A DNA stretch of 64,000 nt, taken from assembly GCF_009914755.1 (NCBI RefSeq), contig NC_060945.1; one strand, given 5' to 3'. The notes beneath the pieces were generated by a model that made no database searches, was not told the DNA's origin, and worked only from the letters and a program-made list of their open reading frames with translations. This stretch comes from the human T2T-CHM13v2.0 reference genome, Homo sapiens. Position numbers and translations under genes: made by a program. Below, piece after piece: positions 1 through 22,530 of this stretch (position 1 is the stretch's first letter; every line of letters begins with the position of its first letter).

Positions 1-1720
1 ATGGGTCGGGGAGGGAAAGAGAAGAATACTGAAGTATTTTGGAAATAAGTGAGGCTTATAAGATTAAAGGCAAAGGGAACTGCATGTGAGCACTGTACTC
101 TAGTTGAAAAAATTGTTTCCCATAGAGGTACTGGTTAACAATTCTGTTATTGCTATGTATTTATACTGGAATGGAACAATTACATGAATGGATGGCAGAT
201 GGTAGAAGCCAGGTTTCTCACCACTGGAGTGGCTGTTTATCAAAAAGCAGGAGGAGAAAGAATGATTCATGCAGTGATGGATTTGAGTTGGAGAGAGCAG
301 TGTGGACTCATATTTAGCTCAATAGAGAGGCTGATGGTTATCTATAGAAGTATTTATAGATATGCATATATACATGATATAGTATAAACATGTGTGTTTC
401 TTGCTCTGTCCCTGAAACAGCCTGAAAGAAATGACATCCCAGTAACAGCAAACGTGCACAGCACCGTATCTTGGTTTCTAATACTATTCTCCATTTAAAC
501 GAACCAGGATTCTTTGGAGAAGTGGCTGTTTCTAAGACTGGGACAGGAAATATCCAAGATGAGCCTAGAGCATCTGGTAGTGCCAGAAAGTAAGGAGGTG
601 CTCAAGAACAAAACAGGACCAAACAAAACATTGATCAGGGTCTGTCAAAGGAGCACAGATGCCAGCTAAAAGAGTTCCCAATGGCCAAAGCTGGAACACT
701 TTGCGGTAATAAAGTAGTATTGGATTATAACCTACAGTATAAAGTAAATATGCATGGTATAAATACATGGTTAAATATATTAATAAATGAGGAAGCAGAG
801 ACAAATCTCTCTTACAAAAGAATTCCATATATTTTACACAGGTACTCTGTCTTCAAGAAGAAGGAATCAAACTCCCCATTCCTTCAGTGTGAGCTGTACA
901 TAATGACTTCCTCCCAAAGTGTACAATATAGAAAAGGGGAGAAAAAGAGTAAATTTACAGTGGAGGACCCTGACAAGCGCCACTCAGGCAGGCGACCAAG
1001 GCTACCTTCCGCACTCATAAATCATGCTGACAGTAGGTACGCTTGATATCACGGGATGAAAATAGCACTTCACCTCTGTGATTTTCTTTCCAATAACTTA
1101 CAACCCCAGTTTTCTAATGAGAAAAATATCAGGCAAATTCCAAAAGTGGGACATTCTACAAAATACCTAAGCAGTCCTCAGAACCCTCAATGCATCTAAA
1201 GAAGGAAAGTCGGAGAAACTGCCACAGACAGCAGGTGCCTAAAGAGACATGACAACTAAATCTAATGTGGGATTCTGGAACAGAAGGAAAAGACATTAAG
1301 TAAAGACTGAAAGAACAAAATTATGAACTTTTGTTAATAACAGGTCATTATTTGTTTCATTGTAACAAATGTAAGATATCGATAATAGGGGAAACTGGAT
1401 GTGAAGTATATTGAAAGAATTGAACAATGAAAACACTTGGACACAGGAAGGGGAACATCACATAACCAGGGCCTGTTGTTGGCGGGGGGGATGGGGGGAG
1501 GGATAGCATTAGGGGATACACCTAATGTAAATGAAGAGTTAATGGATGCAGCACACCAACATGGCACATGTATACATATATAACAAACCTGCACGTTGTG
1601 CACATGTACCCTAGAACTTAAAGTATAATAATAATAAAAAAGAAACTCTCTGTGCCATCTTCTCAACGTTTCTAAAAATCTGAAACTGCTGTAGAAAATA
1701 AAATCTATTTTAAAAAATTT
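1..1720 (+). mobile_element. Old L1 (L1MC/L1MD-like) 3' region, interrupted by a younger L1PA 3' fragment
   Basis: Degenerate L1M 3'-end motifs (e.g. gggacattctacaaaatac, gggaaactggatg...gaaactctctgt). Confidence 0.6.
1418..1642 (+). mobile_element. L1PA 3'-terminal fragment
   Basis: gaacaatgaaaacacttggacacaggaaggggaacatcac...gtaccctagaacttaaagtataata + A tail. Confidence 0.9.
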
Positions 1721-2160
1721 AAATAAGCAAACTGCTCACTACTACACAAAAAAAGCAAAGATTAGTCTCTTGAGTATAAAATTGAGCAGAAGAAGCCAGA
1801 CACAGCCTGCAAGCTCCAACTCCATTCATAAAGAGTTTGCAAACTGGCAGCGATGGCGCGAGAGCTTAGGAAATTATTTCACTGGGGGAAGTGGAACAGA
1901 CGTTGACTGGATGATGTCACATGAGGGGCTTCTGGGGTACTATTAACATTCGATCTCAAATCCAATTGGTGGTTATATTTTTGTTTCCTTAAATTAATAA
2001 GTATTAATTTATGAAAATTAATTGAAATGACACTCATAATCTGTGCACTTTTCTGTACAATTCAATAAACTTAATGATAAAAACAAGAATGAATCAGAAC
2101 TGTGTATATCAACATGGATCAATCTAAAAAGCAATGTTGATTAAAAAAATTTAAAAATAT

Positions 2161-2966
<806 letters not shown>

Positions 2967-3022
2967 CTATGTTCTTATTTATGGGCTTACAAAATTTAGC
3001 CTAAGTATCAAAACACACTTGA

Positions 3023-3388
<366 letters not shown>

Positions 3389-3790
3389 AACTTCTACCTA
3401 TACTGTTGCATGTATATATATTTAAAAATCCAAAAAACATATTGCAAAATGTTAAGTTGTGATACAGTTGGGTTCAGCTACAAGGGTAACCATGACATTT
3501 CTCTATAACTGCTTCTAGTTTTGAAATACATATATATGTATACACACACACGAGTGTGTGCTCTATAAGAACATGTAACTAATATTGTATAGTGCAATAA
3601 CAGCCTAGGAGAATTAACAAGCATTTTGCCATCAATACTTATCCTTTGTGTTGCTGAGGATGAATGAACCCATAGATCATTAGTCTTTGAAGCCGTTGGC
3701 TTCTTTTAAAAGTGGTTCTAACTCGAAGACTAATGACCTTTGCATTTCACCAGCCCCACCTTGTTAATCTCATATCTTTCAAGACATGTA

Positions 3791-4069
<279 letters not shown>

Positions 4070-4539
4070 GACATGTAATCCCAAAGTTTCCTTGAAGATA
4101 AATTACATTTGCTGACAGGACTCTTTAGAACCACTGAGAACAGTCAGATATTGGAGGTCAATGAGAAAACAACCCCACTGCTGATTCACTCCATAGCATG
4201 CACTGAGCACCCACATGGTCCACATGAGATGTGATGGGGCTTGAACCAGTCTGGCTGTAGAGGGGAAAGAAGGAGAGAAACAGATCTGAGAAGCATTTTG
4301 AGGCAGAGCTGTCAGAAGTCACCAAATGGCTCTGAATAACATGGCGGAGTCCAAGAGGCCAGAAGAAGAATCAAGAACAGCCAGGGCCGGTTTGAGCAGC
4401 TGTGTGAAGGCTGGCACCATTAACTAGGGTAGAAAGCATGGTGGAGAAATGGGGCTGGCTAAGCAAAGTTGCGGGTTCAATCAAGAAGTTTGCCTTTGGA
4501 ATGTGTCATGGTTGAGATGCCTTTCACAATCCAAGTCTA

Positions 4540-4890
<351 letters not shown>

Positions 4891-5184
4891 TCAGACTGGA
4901 AAGATATACACTTGGATGTCACCAGCATATTGATGTTGCTTCATGCCATGGGACCCAATGGGGCCCCCCCACCCTGGAGGAGGGTAGTTAGAGAAGAGAG
5001 GTCTGAGGATCAAGTCCTGGGATGGTTAGAGTTTCATAGAGGAGCAGGAACATAAATAATAAAGGCCAACCACATAAGGAAAACAAAAGCTATATATTCA
5101 GGGTATACTGTAACAAGGGAGTCATCACCATCACTTACATTTTGGTAGAGACTCCAAGGCAAGAGTGGGAAAGTTTGACAGTGA

Positions 5185-5880
5185 TGTTAACCAAAAACTG
5201 ACAGAGGCAGGTGTCTCAATTGATAGCGGTTTATTTCGCCAAGGCTGAGAATGTGCCTGGGAAAAACTCGAGTCACAGGAACATCTATGACCTGTGCTTT
5301 CCAAAGAGGGTTTTGGGAATTCAGTGTCGAAAAGGCAAAGAACAGACAGGAGGGAAAAAAGCGAGGGAGGGTGGGCAGTGAGGCAAATGGTAACATTATT
5401 GTGAGGTTCTGATTAACGCTCAGTAAATTGGCATTTTACATAAAATAAAGCAAACACGTGAAAAGAGGAAGTATGGGGAAAAGTCAATGATGCATTTATC
5501 TCAGGGTGGATGAAGGGATGATTTCTGGTCTTGTCCTTGTCCTCTTACCTGTGAAGATAAGCTTGTAATTGACATTGTTAGGGTGAGATTGAACAGAACT
5601 CAGTTTCGGGGCTAGCTTATAGGGGGGATATGTATCCTATAAGATTTAGGGCTCACACAGAATTTCCTTGTGAGCAATTTGTGAAGAAGGCCATCTGGGG
5701 AGATATGTGGCCTCCTATCTTTGTGGGAACCTGGCTTATGTATGACGTTATGACACAGGGTTTTGAAATTACAGCTATTTGAGAACAAAAGAAAGGCAGT
5801 ATTGCATGACTCAGTTCCCAAGCTTAACTTTCCCTTTGGCATAGTGAGTTTAGGGTCCTGCGATTTTGTTTTCTTTCACA
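5185..5880 (-). mobile_element. ERV1 solo LTR, MER4 family, nested in an older LTR-like element (~5050-6290)
   Basis: Minus-strand start TGTGAAAGAAAA...CTCACTATGCCAAAGGGAAAGTTAAGCTTGGGAACTGAGTCATGCAA; TG...CA ends. Confidence 0.7.
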
Positions 5881-7054
5881 GTGGAAAGGAAGGGAAGGCT
5901 GCAGGTGCGCCCTGATGGGAGTCTGTTGGCATGGCGAAGCCCTAGGTGAGCTAATTAGGGGCAGGGTGTCCCATGGAATTGGCTAGGGATGCATATTTGG
6001 TTTTCTCTGGTTGGTCCTAAAATTAAAGTGAAGACAAAAATTAGGGGAGCTGTCAGTTATTAATCAAGTCCTGGTCATTGTGGGCCAACTGTTATGGATA
6101 TTATTATTTAACTTCCTGAATTGTTACTAGAGATAGCAGTCCGGCTTTCTATGAGTCTGACTTATAGCAGGCTGGCTTCCGGTTGTTTATTGTAGATAAA
6201 GGGGTTGGGTTCCTGGCAGGTAGCTGCAAGCTGTGAGTCATAGTTCTATTTATATATCATGTGGCCATTGTCCATTTGTATATTTAGTCTCTTGGGAGAA
6301 AAAAGCCGAAAAGGAGATTGAAAGGAGCAGCTAGAGAGAGGAGGGAAACTAAGACAATATCATCATCCCAGAACTTAGGAAGATAAAGTCCCAACAAGAA
6401 AGGGGTGGTTCACTGAAGCAAATGCTGCTAAAATGTCTGATAAGATGAGGATGTCAAAGTAGGTGAAGCTTTTCCAGGTGAAAAAGAGACGTAGCCATCA
6501 TTGTTGCTGAATTCTCAGACACAGGAAACATTTTCCTGTGGCTTCAGGCAATGGTGAAATAGGAACTAACAGGGTCAGTTAGGAAGAGAAACTTTTAATG
6601 CCTCTAGGGGGCACAGCATATCATACCTAACAACTGAGCAGCAAATACCGTCCCCTACTCTCCAGACGCATTTTCCAGCCCAACATGGGATTCTTAGATT
6701 GGTTAGATGGCAGCATCTGAGACCACAATTAACCTGAAATCCAAGCTCAGGCACTTGCAGCTCCAAAGCTTCACACTCGATGCTCCGAGTTTAGGGACTT
6801 CTATCAAGTAAATTGGGAAATGGGTCGTTCTCCTTTGAAGACTGTTAGGAAAGAGGGACAAAAACGGAAAAAAAAAAAAAATCAATCCCTGAGTTTAATC
6901 TCCAGTATTCCTTCCCAGAAACTTTAAGTTAGCTACAAGAATGTTAATCATGAGCAGAAATTGTTTAATAATCAAATTATCATAAATTTGCTTTTCTTTT
7001 ACCTTAGTAAGGTAACTATGTGACAAACATTTGTGAAGTTGAGAATAGATAAAA

Positions 7055-7765
7055 GTACCCATCATATGATCTAGCCATCCCACTGTTGGACATATACCCA
7101 AAAGAAAGGAAATCAATATCTTGAGGAGATATCTGCACTTCCATGTTTTTTGCAGCAGTGTTTACGATAGTTAAGATTTGGAAGCAACCTAAGTGTCCAT
7201 CAACAGATGAATGGATAAAGAAAATGTGATACATCCACACAATGCAGTACTATTCACCCCTTAAAAAGACTGAGATCCTGTCATTTACAACAACATGGAT
7301 GGACATGGAAGACATCATGTTAAGTGAAATAAGCCAGGCACAGAAAGACAAACATTGCATGTTCTCACTTATTTGTGAGATCTAAAAATCAAAATAATTG
7401 AACACATGGATATAGAGAGTAGAAGGATAGTTATCAGAGGCTGGGAAAGCTATTCGGGGGCTGGTGGGTGGGTGGGGAGAGATGGGGATGGTTAATGCAT
7501 GCAAAAAATAACTAGAAAGAATGAAGAAGACCTACTGTTTGAGAACACAACAGGGTGCCTATAGTCAATAATAAGTTAATTGTACACTTAAAATAACTAA
7601 AAGAGTATACTTGGATTGTTTGCGACACAAAGGATAAATGCTTGAGGGGGTGAATACCCCTTTCTTATGATGTGCTTATTTCACATTGCATGCTTGCATC
7701 AAAACATCTCAGGTTCTCCATAAATATATACACCTATTATGTACAAAAATTAAAATTATTTTTAA
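7055..7765 (+). mobile_element. L1MA-type 3' end
   Basis: ORF2 C-terminal remnant (ggaagcaacctaagtgtccatcaacagatgaatgg) plus L1MA 3'UTR. Confidence 0.85.
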
Positions 7766-7974
7766 AAAGTGCCAAGAAACTCTGTACCCTAACATAGCCC
7801 TGTTAGAATTACTTAGCACTAATAGTTGCCTTTGCTGAGTGATGCAAGCAGATGTCTCTGGCCCTCAAAGATGAGGAGACACTGCTGCTCTGCTTGGTGT
7901 GAACATAAACTCCAGTTCTTCTGGGAACTGCCTTAAAGACAGCAGAAACTGGAGAGCAGAGAAAAGCGGAAAGT

Positions 7975-8267
7975 GGCCAGGCACGGTGGCTCACACCTGT
8001 AATCCCAGTACTTTGGGAGGCCGAGGCAGGCAGATCATGAGGTCAGGAGTTCGAGACCAGCCTGACCAACATGGTGAAACCCCGTCTCTACTAAAAATAC
8101 AAACATTAGCCAGATGTGGTGGTAGGTGCCTCTAATCCCAGCTACTTGAGAGGCTGAGGCAGGAGAATTGCTTGAACCTGGAAGGCTGAGGTCAGTGAGC
8201 CGAGATCTTGCCACTGCACTCCAGCTTGGGCAACAAGAGCAAAACTCCTTTTCAAAAAAAAAAAAAA
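7975..8267 (+). mobile_element. AluS
   Basis: Full Alu with A tail; near-TSD aaaagcggaaag / aaaagtggaaag. Confidence 0.9.
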
Positions 8268-8584
8268 GTGGAAAGCATAACCTTGCTTGATGGTGAGGTT
8301 GAATCCCCACCTTCGCCTTTCTCAGATTTATTCCCATCTTCCTACTCCTCCAACCCCTATGTTAGCTCAAGCCCAGATGGCTCTCACCTGCATTAACCTA
8401 ACCATCTCGTAACCCATCTCCTCTCTTTGTTCCTTTCCTATGCACCCTCCACATGGCCAGCTGCCAGAGGATCTTTCAAAATGACTAATCTTACTATTCT
8501 TCTCCTCTACAAAGCTTCAGAGGCTTCCAGTCTGGACTCCTTAACAACACATAAAAAATTCCTCTTCTGTTCTTCCTCTGGCTG

Positions 8585-8740
8585 GTGGCTCTCAACCTTG
8601 GCTGCACTTGAGGATCCTGGGGAGCTTTAAAAACTGCCCTGCTCTGGTTTAGTCAGTCTGGGCTGGGTCCCAGGTGTCTAGAGTTTTAGTTTTGTTTCCC
8701 AGGACCTGGTGACTCCTTGAACTATTTGCAGATTCCTGAA
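8585..8740. mobile_element. MER5-like hAT DNA transposon remnant
   Basis: gtggctctcaaccttggctgcac...ggggagctttaaaaa motif. Confidence 0.5.
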
Positions 8741-8999
8741 CCCCTGTCGGAGAGTAAGCTGTGTTCTAATCTCATCAGATCTAAGGAGAGATGTAGGAAC
8801 TTGCCTTGAGGCTTGAATTCTTTCTCCTACTCTCCACTTGTGGTAGTCAGTCTTTTGCATTTAAGGGTCAAAAATAAGAAGGCCTATTGTGTTTCCAAGG
8901 CTGGGGTCCATAGTGCATACGATAGGTTTCAGAGGGAGAGATGGCAGTGGAGATGGGGAAAGAAAATGTGGAAACCTGAGTCTAGGATGTTGCTTGCTA

Positions 9000-9506
9000 A
9001 GTGTACTAGAATATGCCACCCCAAATATGCCTCTTTGGCATATAATTATTTTGAGCTGAAGGCTATTGAGAACCAGCAGATGCACGAAAGGTCTAAAAAC
9101 AGAGTCTAAGTTTTCCTTTTGTAAAGGATTGTAGAGGTGTCTCCTTCTCCCAGGAAGAAGACTCTTAACTACTCATCAGAGGAGAAAGGGCAGACTTAAT
9201 TCTGCACAACAAATCTTACTAAACACCTCTTGTTTACCATCCTTTTCCTGGTTAACTTCTCATAAGTTGCCTCCCCTACACAGAAGCCCCAACCCCTTCT
9301 TTTTTGTTTTAGCCTAAGATGGTATTTAACCCCCAGTCTAACCACCCCTTTGGGTTACTCACCTCTTAGTGTTCCTGTGTGTACACAGACAACGAACTTG
9401 TAAGTAGACTTGTTTTTCTCTTGTTAATCAGTCTTTGGCCAGTCTAACTTATAAGGTTTCAGTTGGAAAACCTAAGATGGGTAGAGGAAAAGATTCCCCT
9501 GCAACA
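9000..9506 (+). mobile_element. ERV1 LTR, MER34-like
   Basis: agaatatgccaccccaaatatgcctctttggcata...ttttgagctgaaggc; ends ...gcaaca. Confidence 0.7.
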
Positions 9507-9600
9507 CACTTATATTATGAAACCAAACTGGATACCAAGCAAGGAGGATCGGGCATCTAACACTTAACTCCTGACCTCCACAATAGCTTGCAGGTAAGGG

Positions 9601-10046
9601 TTTTTTTTTTTTTTAATATATATATGTATTTTTATTTAAGTTCTAGGGTACATGTGCACAATGGGCAGGTTTGTTACATATGTATACATGTGCCATGTTG
9701 GTGTGCTGCACCCATTAACTCGTCATTTTTTTTGTTTTGCTTTTTGTTTTGTTCTGTTTTTTTTGAGACGGAGTCTCGCTCTGTCGCCAAGGCTGGAGGG
9801 CAGTGGCACAATCTTGGCTCACTTTAAGCTCCACCTCCTGGGTTCAAGTGATTCTTCTGCCTCAGCCTCCTGAATAGCTGGGACTTCAGGTGCCTGCCAC
9901 CACACCCGGCTAATTTTTGTATTTTTAGTAGAGACGGGGTTTAACCATGTTGGCCAGGATGGTCTCAAACTCCTGACCTCAGGCAATCCACCCGCCTCGG
10001 CCTCCCAAAGTGCTGTGATTATAGGCATAAGCCACTGTGCCCGGCC
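9601..10046 (-). mobile_element. L1PA 3' fragment (9601-9727) joined to AluS (9726-10046)
   Basis: Both are flanked by one TSD, caggtaagggtttt (9591-9604 / 10048-10061). Confidence 0.88.
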
Positions 10047-10395
10047 ACAGGTAAGGGTTTTAAAGGCAGGAGGCAGAGGTTACAGGCAAAATAAGAAATC
10101 ATGGAGGTTATACATTGGTTTAACCTAGAAAGGTGGAACATCTTGAAGTGGGCCCACAGGTCATAGGTGAGGCAAAGCTTTGTCTAAAACTGTGGGATCA
10201 GTAGAAAAGAATGTCAGCTCTGGCTCATGGGTGTGACTTCCTCCAGGCTCCCCAGGGAGAAATTTAGAACAAAGAATGGCAGTCAGAATTCAGTCCTCAA
10301 TTCCTCTTTATCTGAAGTCTATGTGTCAGTGGATCCATTTGGTGGATCCATTGGTGGGGGTCCAGGTTTCTGAAACAACTCTGGGACATATGTTA

Positions 10396-11422
10396 ATGGC
10401 ACAGGACTTTTTTGGGGTGCCACTTCACCAGCCAGAGACCTCTGCAGCTGGCTGTACCCCTGCCTGGGCCTCACTCAGCTCTGAGCTGGCCTCTGGCCTT
10501 GCTCCATCCAGTTGGCCCAGCAGGCTGCACCCAGCTCACCCTACCAGCCACCACAGGTGAGCCAGGTGTGGAGTGGCAAGTTTGCAGGGTCCAGTTACTG
10601 TGCACAGTCAGGTGCATCAGCTGCTGCAATGGAATGAGCAGCTCCAGGTGCTGGCATCCAGACTAGGGGAACACAGTGGCACCCAAAAACTTGGAGATGC
10701 CAGCACCTGTGAAGCCCCAAAGGGGGTGTTACATCATGTCACAGCACTGGCTCCAGAAGCTCTGAGGTCTAGATGTCCAGAAGGGTCGCAGCTCTTTTCT
10801 CCTTCCCGCCACTCACAGTGCAGAAAATGGGGGTATGTTAACAGCTCATTCAGTCCTGCTGCCCTGCTCTAGCTTGTGGCTCCTGGGAAGGCCCGGCCCT
10901 GCTGCCATTTCCCATCACGCGGGACGGATGCCCAGCACTGGCGGAGGGTGGGAGGGCTACAGTGTTACAGCAGCTACTTTTGCACCCACTGTTTGGTGGG
11001 TCCTGGGTTCTTGTCCCATGTCCATGAAGAATGAGATTATGCTGACAACTGGAGAGTGAGCAAGGCAGAGAAGAGCTTTATTGAGCAACAAAACAGCTCT
11101 CAGCAGAGAGGGGAGCTGAAGGTAGGTAGTCTCAATGTGTGGCTGAGTCTCTCCAGTTTTTATGGGCTCAGAATGTGGGAGGTGTCAGCTATCCATAGCC
11201 TTGGAAAAGGCTACACTTGATTGGTTAAAAAGCATTATTCAGAAAGAACCAATTGGGAAAGAGCAGGCAAATGAAAATAGAAGTTCTCATTCTGGTCATG
11301 GACTCCATCCAGAACTGACAGCCTGGTTTTCAGGCTTCAGGCTGTCTTTGGCTTGGAGGTTGGGTTTCATGGGGGACCCACCCCAATCTGCCTGGGAGTT
11401 TGTCTGTCTCCTGCTGCTATCT
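10396..11422 (-). mobile_element. ERV1 LTR, MER52-like
   Basis: GC-rich ~1-kb LTR, tggcacaggactttttggggtgccacttcaccagcc...ctcctgctgctatc. Confidence 0.65.
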
Positions 11423-11438
11423 TTAAGATGCTATCTTT

Positions 11439-11757
11439 GGCTGGGCATGGTGGCTTACGACTGTAATCTCAATACTTTGGGAGACTGTGGTAGGCAGATT
11501 GCTCGAGCTTAGTAGTTTGACCAGTGTGGGCAACATGACGAAACCCTGCCTCTACAAAAAAAAAAAAAAATACAAAAATTAACAAGTTGTGGTGGCATGT
11601 GCCTGTGGTCCCAGCTACTGACAGAGCTGAGATGGGAGGATTGCTTGAGCCCTCAGATCAAGGATGCAGTGAGTCATGATTGCACCACTGCACTCCAGCC
11701 TGGGCAACAGAGTGAGACCCTGTCTCAAAACAAAACAAAATCAAACAAACAAAAAAA
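11439..11757 (+). mobile_element. AluJ
   Basis: TSD aagatgctatcttt / aagatgttatcttt. Confidence 0.88.
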
Positions 11758-12169
11758 GATGTTATCTTTAGTTTTTACAGGGAGCCAAACATCCCATGAT
11801 TCTCACTTCCATGATTATTGTTTTAAGCTACTATTACTCTCTTGCTTATCAAGTTGTTCATTTACTTCTCAGGCTAGCTAGGTGCCTGGAATTTCCCTTT
11901 AAGAAACTCAAGATTTTTTAATTCCTCTGTTTGGTGCTGGGGAGACCAGGCCCCTAAGAGGGGTCCCTGCTCCATCTCATTTGTGAGAGCTTATGAGACA
12001 GCCGCTCCAGGGCTGGCCAGTAGCTCAGGAGGAGGAAGAGTCAGTGGCAGGGAAAGGGAGGTCCAGCTCGCCTGGGAGATAGGAGCTCTTCCAGCACTGG
12101 GCTGGGAAACCATTCTCTGGCAGCCCTGCCACTCAGTGGACCCTCAACTTCTCCTTAATTTCCTAGGCA

Positions 12170-12708
12170 GTATAAGGGTAAGTACAAGTAAAAAGAAATT
12201 GAATTTTCCCTGGTGCCAAAAGGCAAAGAGAAGTCCCTCCCTCCCTTTTCTTAGAGTATTTCCTTTATAATCCTTTCTCTGTCTCTTTGGGAGGTATATA
12301 AACCTTTCTGAAAGCTAAACAAGCCCTTTGCCACTTTGGCTTCCCAGGAATGTGCTTCTCGGGGGCCTCGGAGCCATCTCTTTGAAATGTGAACATTAAG
12401 ATGGATGGTGCCCTGTCTCCTGTCTCTCTGGGAGCTTTGCCTAGGAGTCTGGCTACAAGTTGTAGCATATGAGAGTTTTCTTCTTCCTTTGGATGAGTGC
12501 AATTAACACATATGTAATAGATTCTATCTGCCTGGCTATGTAAGAGGGTGATACATTTTTTCTGTCTTTGCAATTTCTTTAGTGGATTGCTTTTGATGTG
12601 TGTTGCAATCTGGTTTAATGCATATGTAATAATAACACTTTTTTTCATTTCGTATATTTTTGGACAGGTTTTCTAGATTGGCAGATTTTATTTTAAATTT
12701 CCGCAACA
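12170..12708 (+). mobile_element. ERV1-type solo LTR (MER34/MER39-like; subfamily uncertain)
   Basis: LTR-like body ending ttttaaatttccgcaaca. Confidence 0.5.
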
Positions 12709-12859
12709 GCAGCAAGTCCTAGCATACCTCAACATCATCCCAGGAACACCCCACCCTTGGGGAGGAAATATGCCAGAGATAGGAAGGGCCACTTCTAAAT
12801 ACAAGAGAGTCATCAGGCACCTGTCAGGAGGGAGAGTATCCAGTCTCTAGAGATGGAAA

Positions 12860-13272
12860 TGTCAACCTAAAAGGAAGAAGCAAAGGCAGAATTAATATAG
12901 AGAGTTTATTTGGGCCAAGGTTGAGAGCTGCAGCCATGGATGCACTTCCAAGTTGCCTTGGGGAGTGCTCTGGAGGACAAAGAAGAGCCTCAAGTTTTTA
13001 AAGAAAAAAGGAAGAATCATGAGAGAAGCAATTACGAAAGCTGCTCATCAGGAATTTTCATTAGTTTACAGAAATAACATTGGTTAGTGATTGGCTATAC
13101 ATTGTTGCAACTTGGCATTCATCTGCAGCCCACATAGCAAGTGGCTTCAAGAGGTCATTATTCAGTTCCAGGGAGAGTGAGACCTGATTGTGGTCACATT
13201 TTAAATGCCTTTCTGGGCCTGATGATTTAAAGGGCTCACATTCCTCAGATAAAGGTTTTTTTTCTTTCTCAG
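12860..13272 (-). mobile_element. ERV1-type solo LTR (MER4 group)
   Basis: TG...CA termini; minus-strand AATAAA near 12905; TGAGAAAGAAAAAAAACCTTTATCTGAGGAATGTGAGCCC start. Confidence 0.55.
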
Positions 13273-13406
13273 ATTGAAGTATTCTGGTGCACTCAGCCTT
13301 TGGACAGAAAGGAGTGGAGATTCTCATTACATATGGGTGCTTGCCTTAGTTGTTTTAAATTTATGTGCAACCAGGCTGTTTCTCCCATATAAAAGCACCC
13401 CTAAAC

Positions 13407-13737
<331 letters not shown>

Positions 13738-14191
13738 CTAACAAGAGCCAACAGTCTCTGTTGAGACCTTCCTACCCTTCAAGAGAACACCAAATTGGTT
13801 GATGAACATAGTGGAGAGGAACGGGGATCTCCATCATTGGGACCAAGAGAGGCTGTGAAACATGATAAACGCTGGTCTAGAACAGTATGGAGAGGCACAT
13901 GTAGTAGCGGGTTCAACTAGCAAAGAGAAGACAGCGTCCTTTGCAATTTTATGTGAGTCCTTCCAATCAGATGACCTTACAGAGGTTTTAAGTTTAGGTT
14001 TTGTTTTTTTTTTGAATTTGTGATGACTTTTTGGAGTTTGGCTCAACTGTCTTGTAGAACATCCCTCATTCTAGCTTTGTCAGACAGCTTCGTCAGGGCC
14101 TCCTTGACTTGTCCTTCTCTCCTCTGTATTTCCTGTAACTGGATGTGGATCTAAAGGCTGAACTGGGCTCATGAGAAGAATCCTTCACAGG

Positions 14192-14633
14192 TGTGATGGT
14201 TAATACTGAGTGTCAACCCGATTGGATTGAAGGATACAAAGTATTGATCCTGGGTTTGTTTGTGAGGTTGTTGCCAAAGGAGATTAACGTCTGAGTCAGA
14301 AGGGTGGGAAAGGCAGACCCACTCTTAATCTGGGTGGGCACCATTAGCTGCTAGTGCAGCTAGAATATAAGCAGGCAGAAAATGTGAAAAGAGACTGTCC
14401 CAGCCTCCCAGCCTACATCTTTGTCTCGTGCTGGATGCTTCCTGCCCTCAAACATCGGACTACAAGTTCTTCAGTTTGGATCTCCCTGCTCTCAGAGACT
14501 GGCTCTCCTTGCTCCTCAGCCTGCAGATAGCTTATTGTGGGACCTTGTGATTATGTGAGTTAATACTTAATAAACTCATATATATATATTCATTCCATTA
14601 GTTCTGCCCCTCTAGAGAACCCTAACTAATACA
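14192..14633 (+). mobile_element. MLT2A (HERV-L) solo LTR
   Basis: tgtgatggttaatactgagtgtcaa...ctagagaaccctaactaataca. Confidence 0.88.
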
Positions 14634-15374
14634 ACAGATGGATCCCATCAGGACACATGATGACAGCCCATCCCTGCTGGCATTGCTCACTTTGATAATT
14701 TAGGGAAGGTGACAGTCACCGTATCTTTCATAGTAAACGTGCATTTTCCTTCTCAAAATTAGTAAATACTGTAATTTGTTGAATTATACTTTGACATCCT
14801 GTTCCTCAACAACCTTTCACCCAATAAGGTTTGGCATCCACTGAAGGTGCTTCCCTGAATCTATTTCTTCTTTGAGGGTTGCAATAAATGTATATCTTTT
14901 TTCTACATTTATTGGAGGAAGTCTTCCCTAAAGAAGAGTTCTCTTTTCTCTCTCTGTTCCTTTTTCTTTTTTTTTGAGTATCACTGTGAATTCATGGATT
15001 TCTTTATAACTCAATGTCAACTGCCATCATTATTATTTCTGATACTTAATCTCAATTTGGCCGGTGGGACCCTCTTCAAGCTGCCTCTGCTGTTCGTTTG
15101 ACATGATCCCATTAGTCCGTGATTTCCTTATTTTCTGGTACAATAAGGTGTCCTAGGCTCAACTTGTAATTTACCTGCTTTTGACTTGTAATCAGCCGGT
15201 TCAATGAGGATCCCTGGTTCCCTTTCCTGGGGAATGGTACTTAGATACCAAGTTCAAGGCATGAGGTGTGCCCATTGCTATTACAATGTTATGACTTCTA
15301 GGCTCTTTGACTGAAATTAATTACAGACACACACATACATACGTGTACTTATGAATTCACACTGACATTTCTTG

Positions 15375-22530
<7,156 letters not shown>

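Larger units (their letters stand above)
9530..11979 (-). mobile_element. ERV1 (MER4-group) LTR split by nested insertions
   Basis: Minus-strand start TGAGATGGAGCAGGGACCCCTCTTAGGGG...GGGAAATTCCAGGCACCTAGCTAGCC; host sequence resumes across each insertion. Confidence 0.6.
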
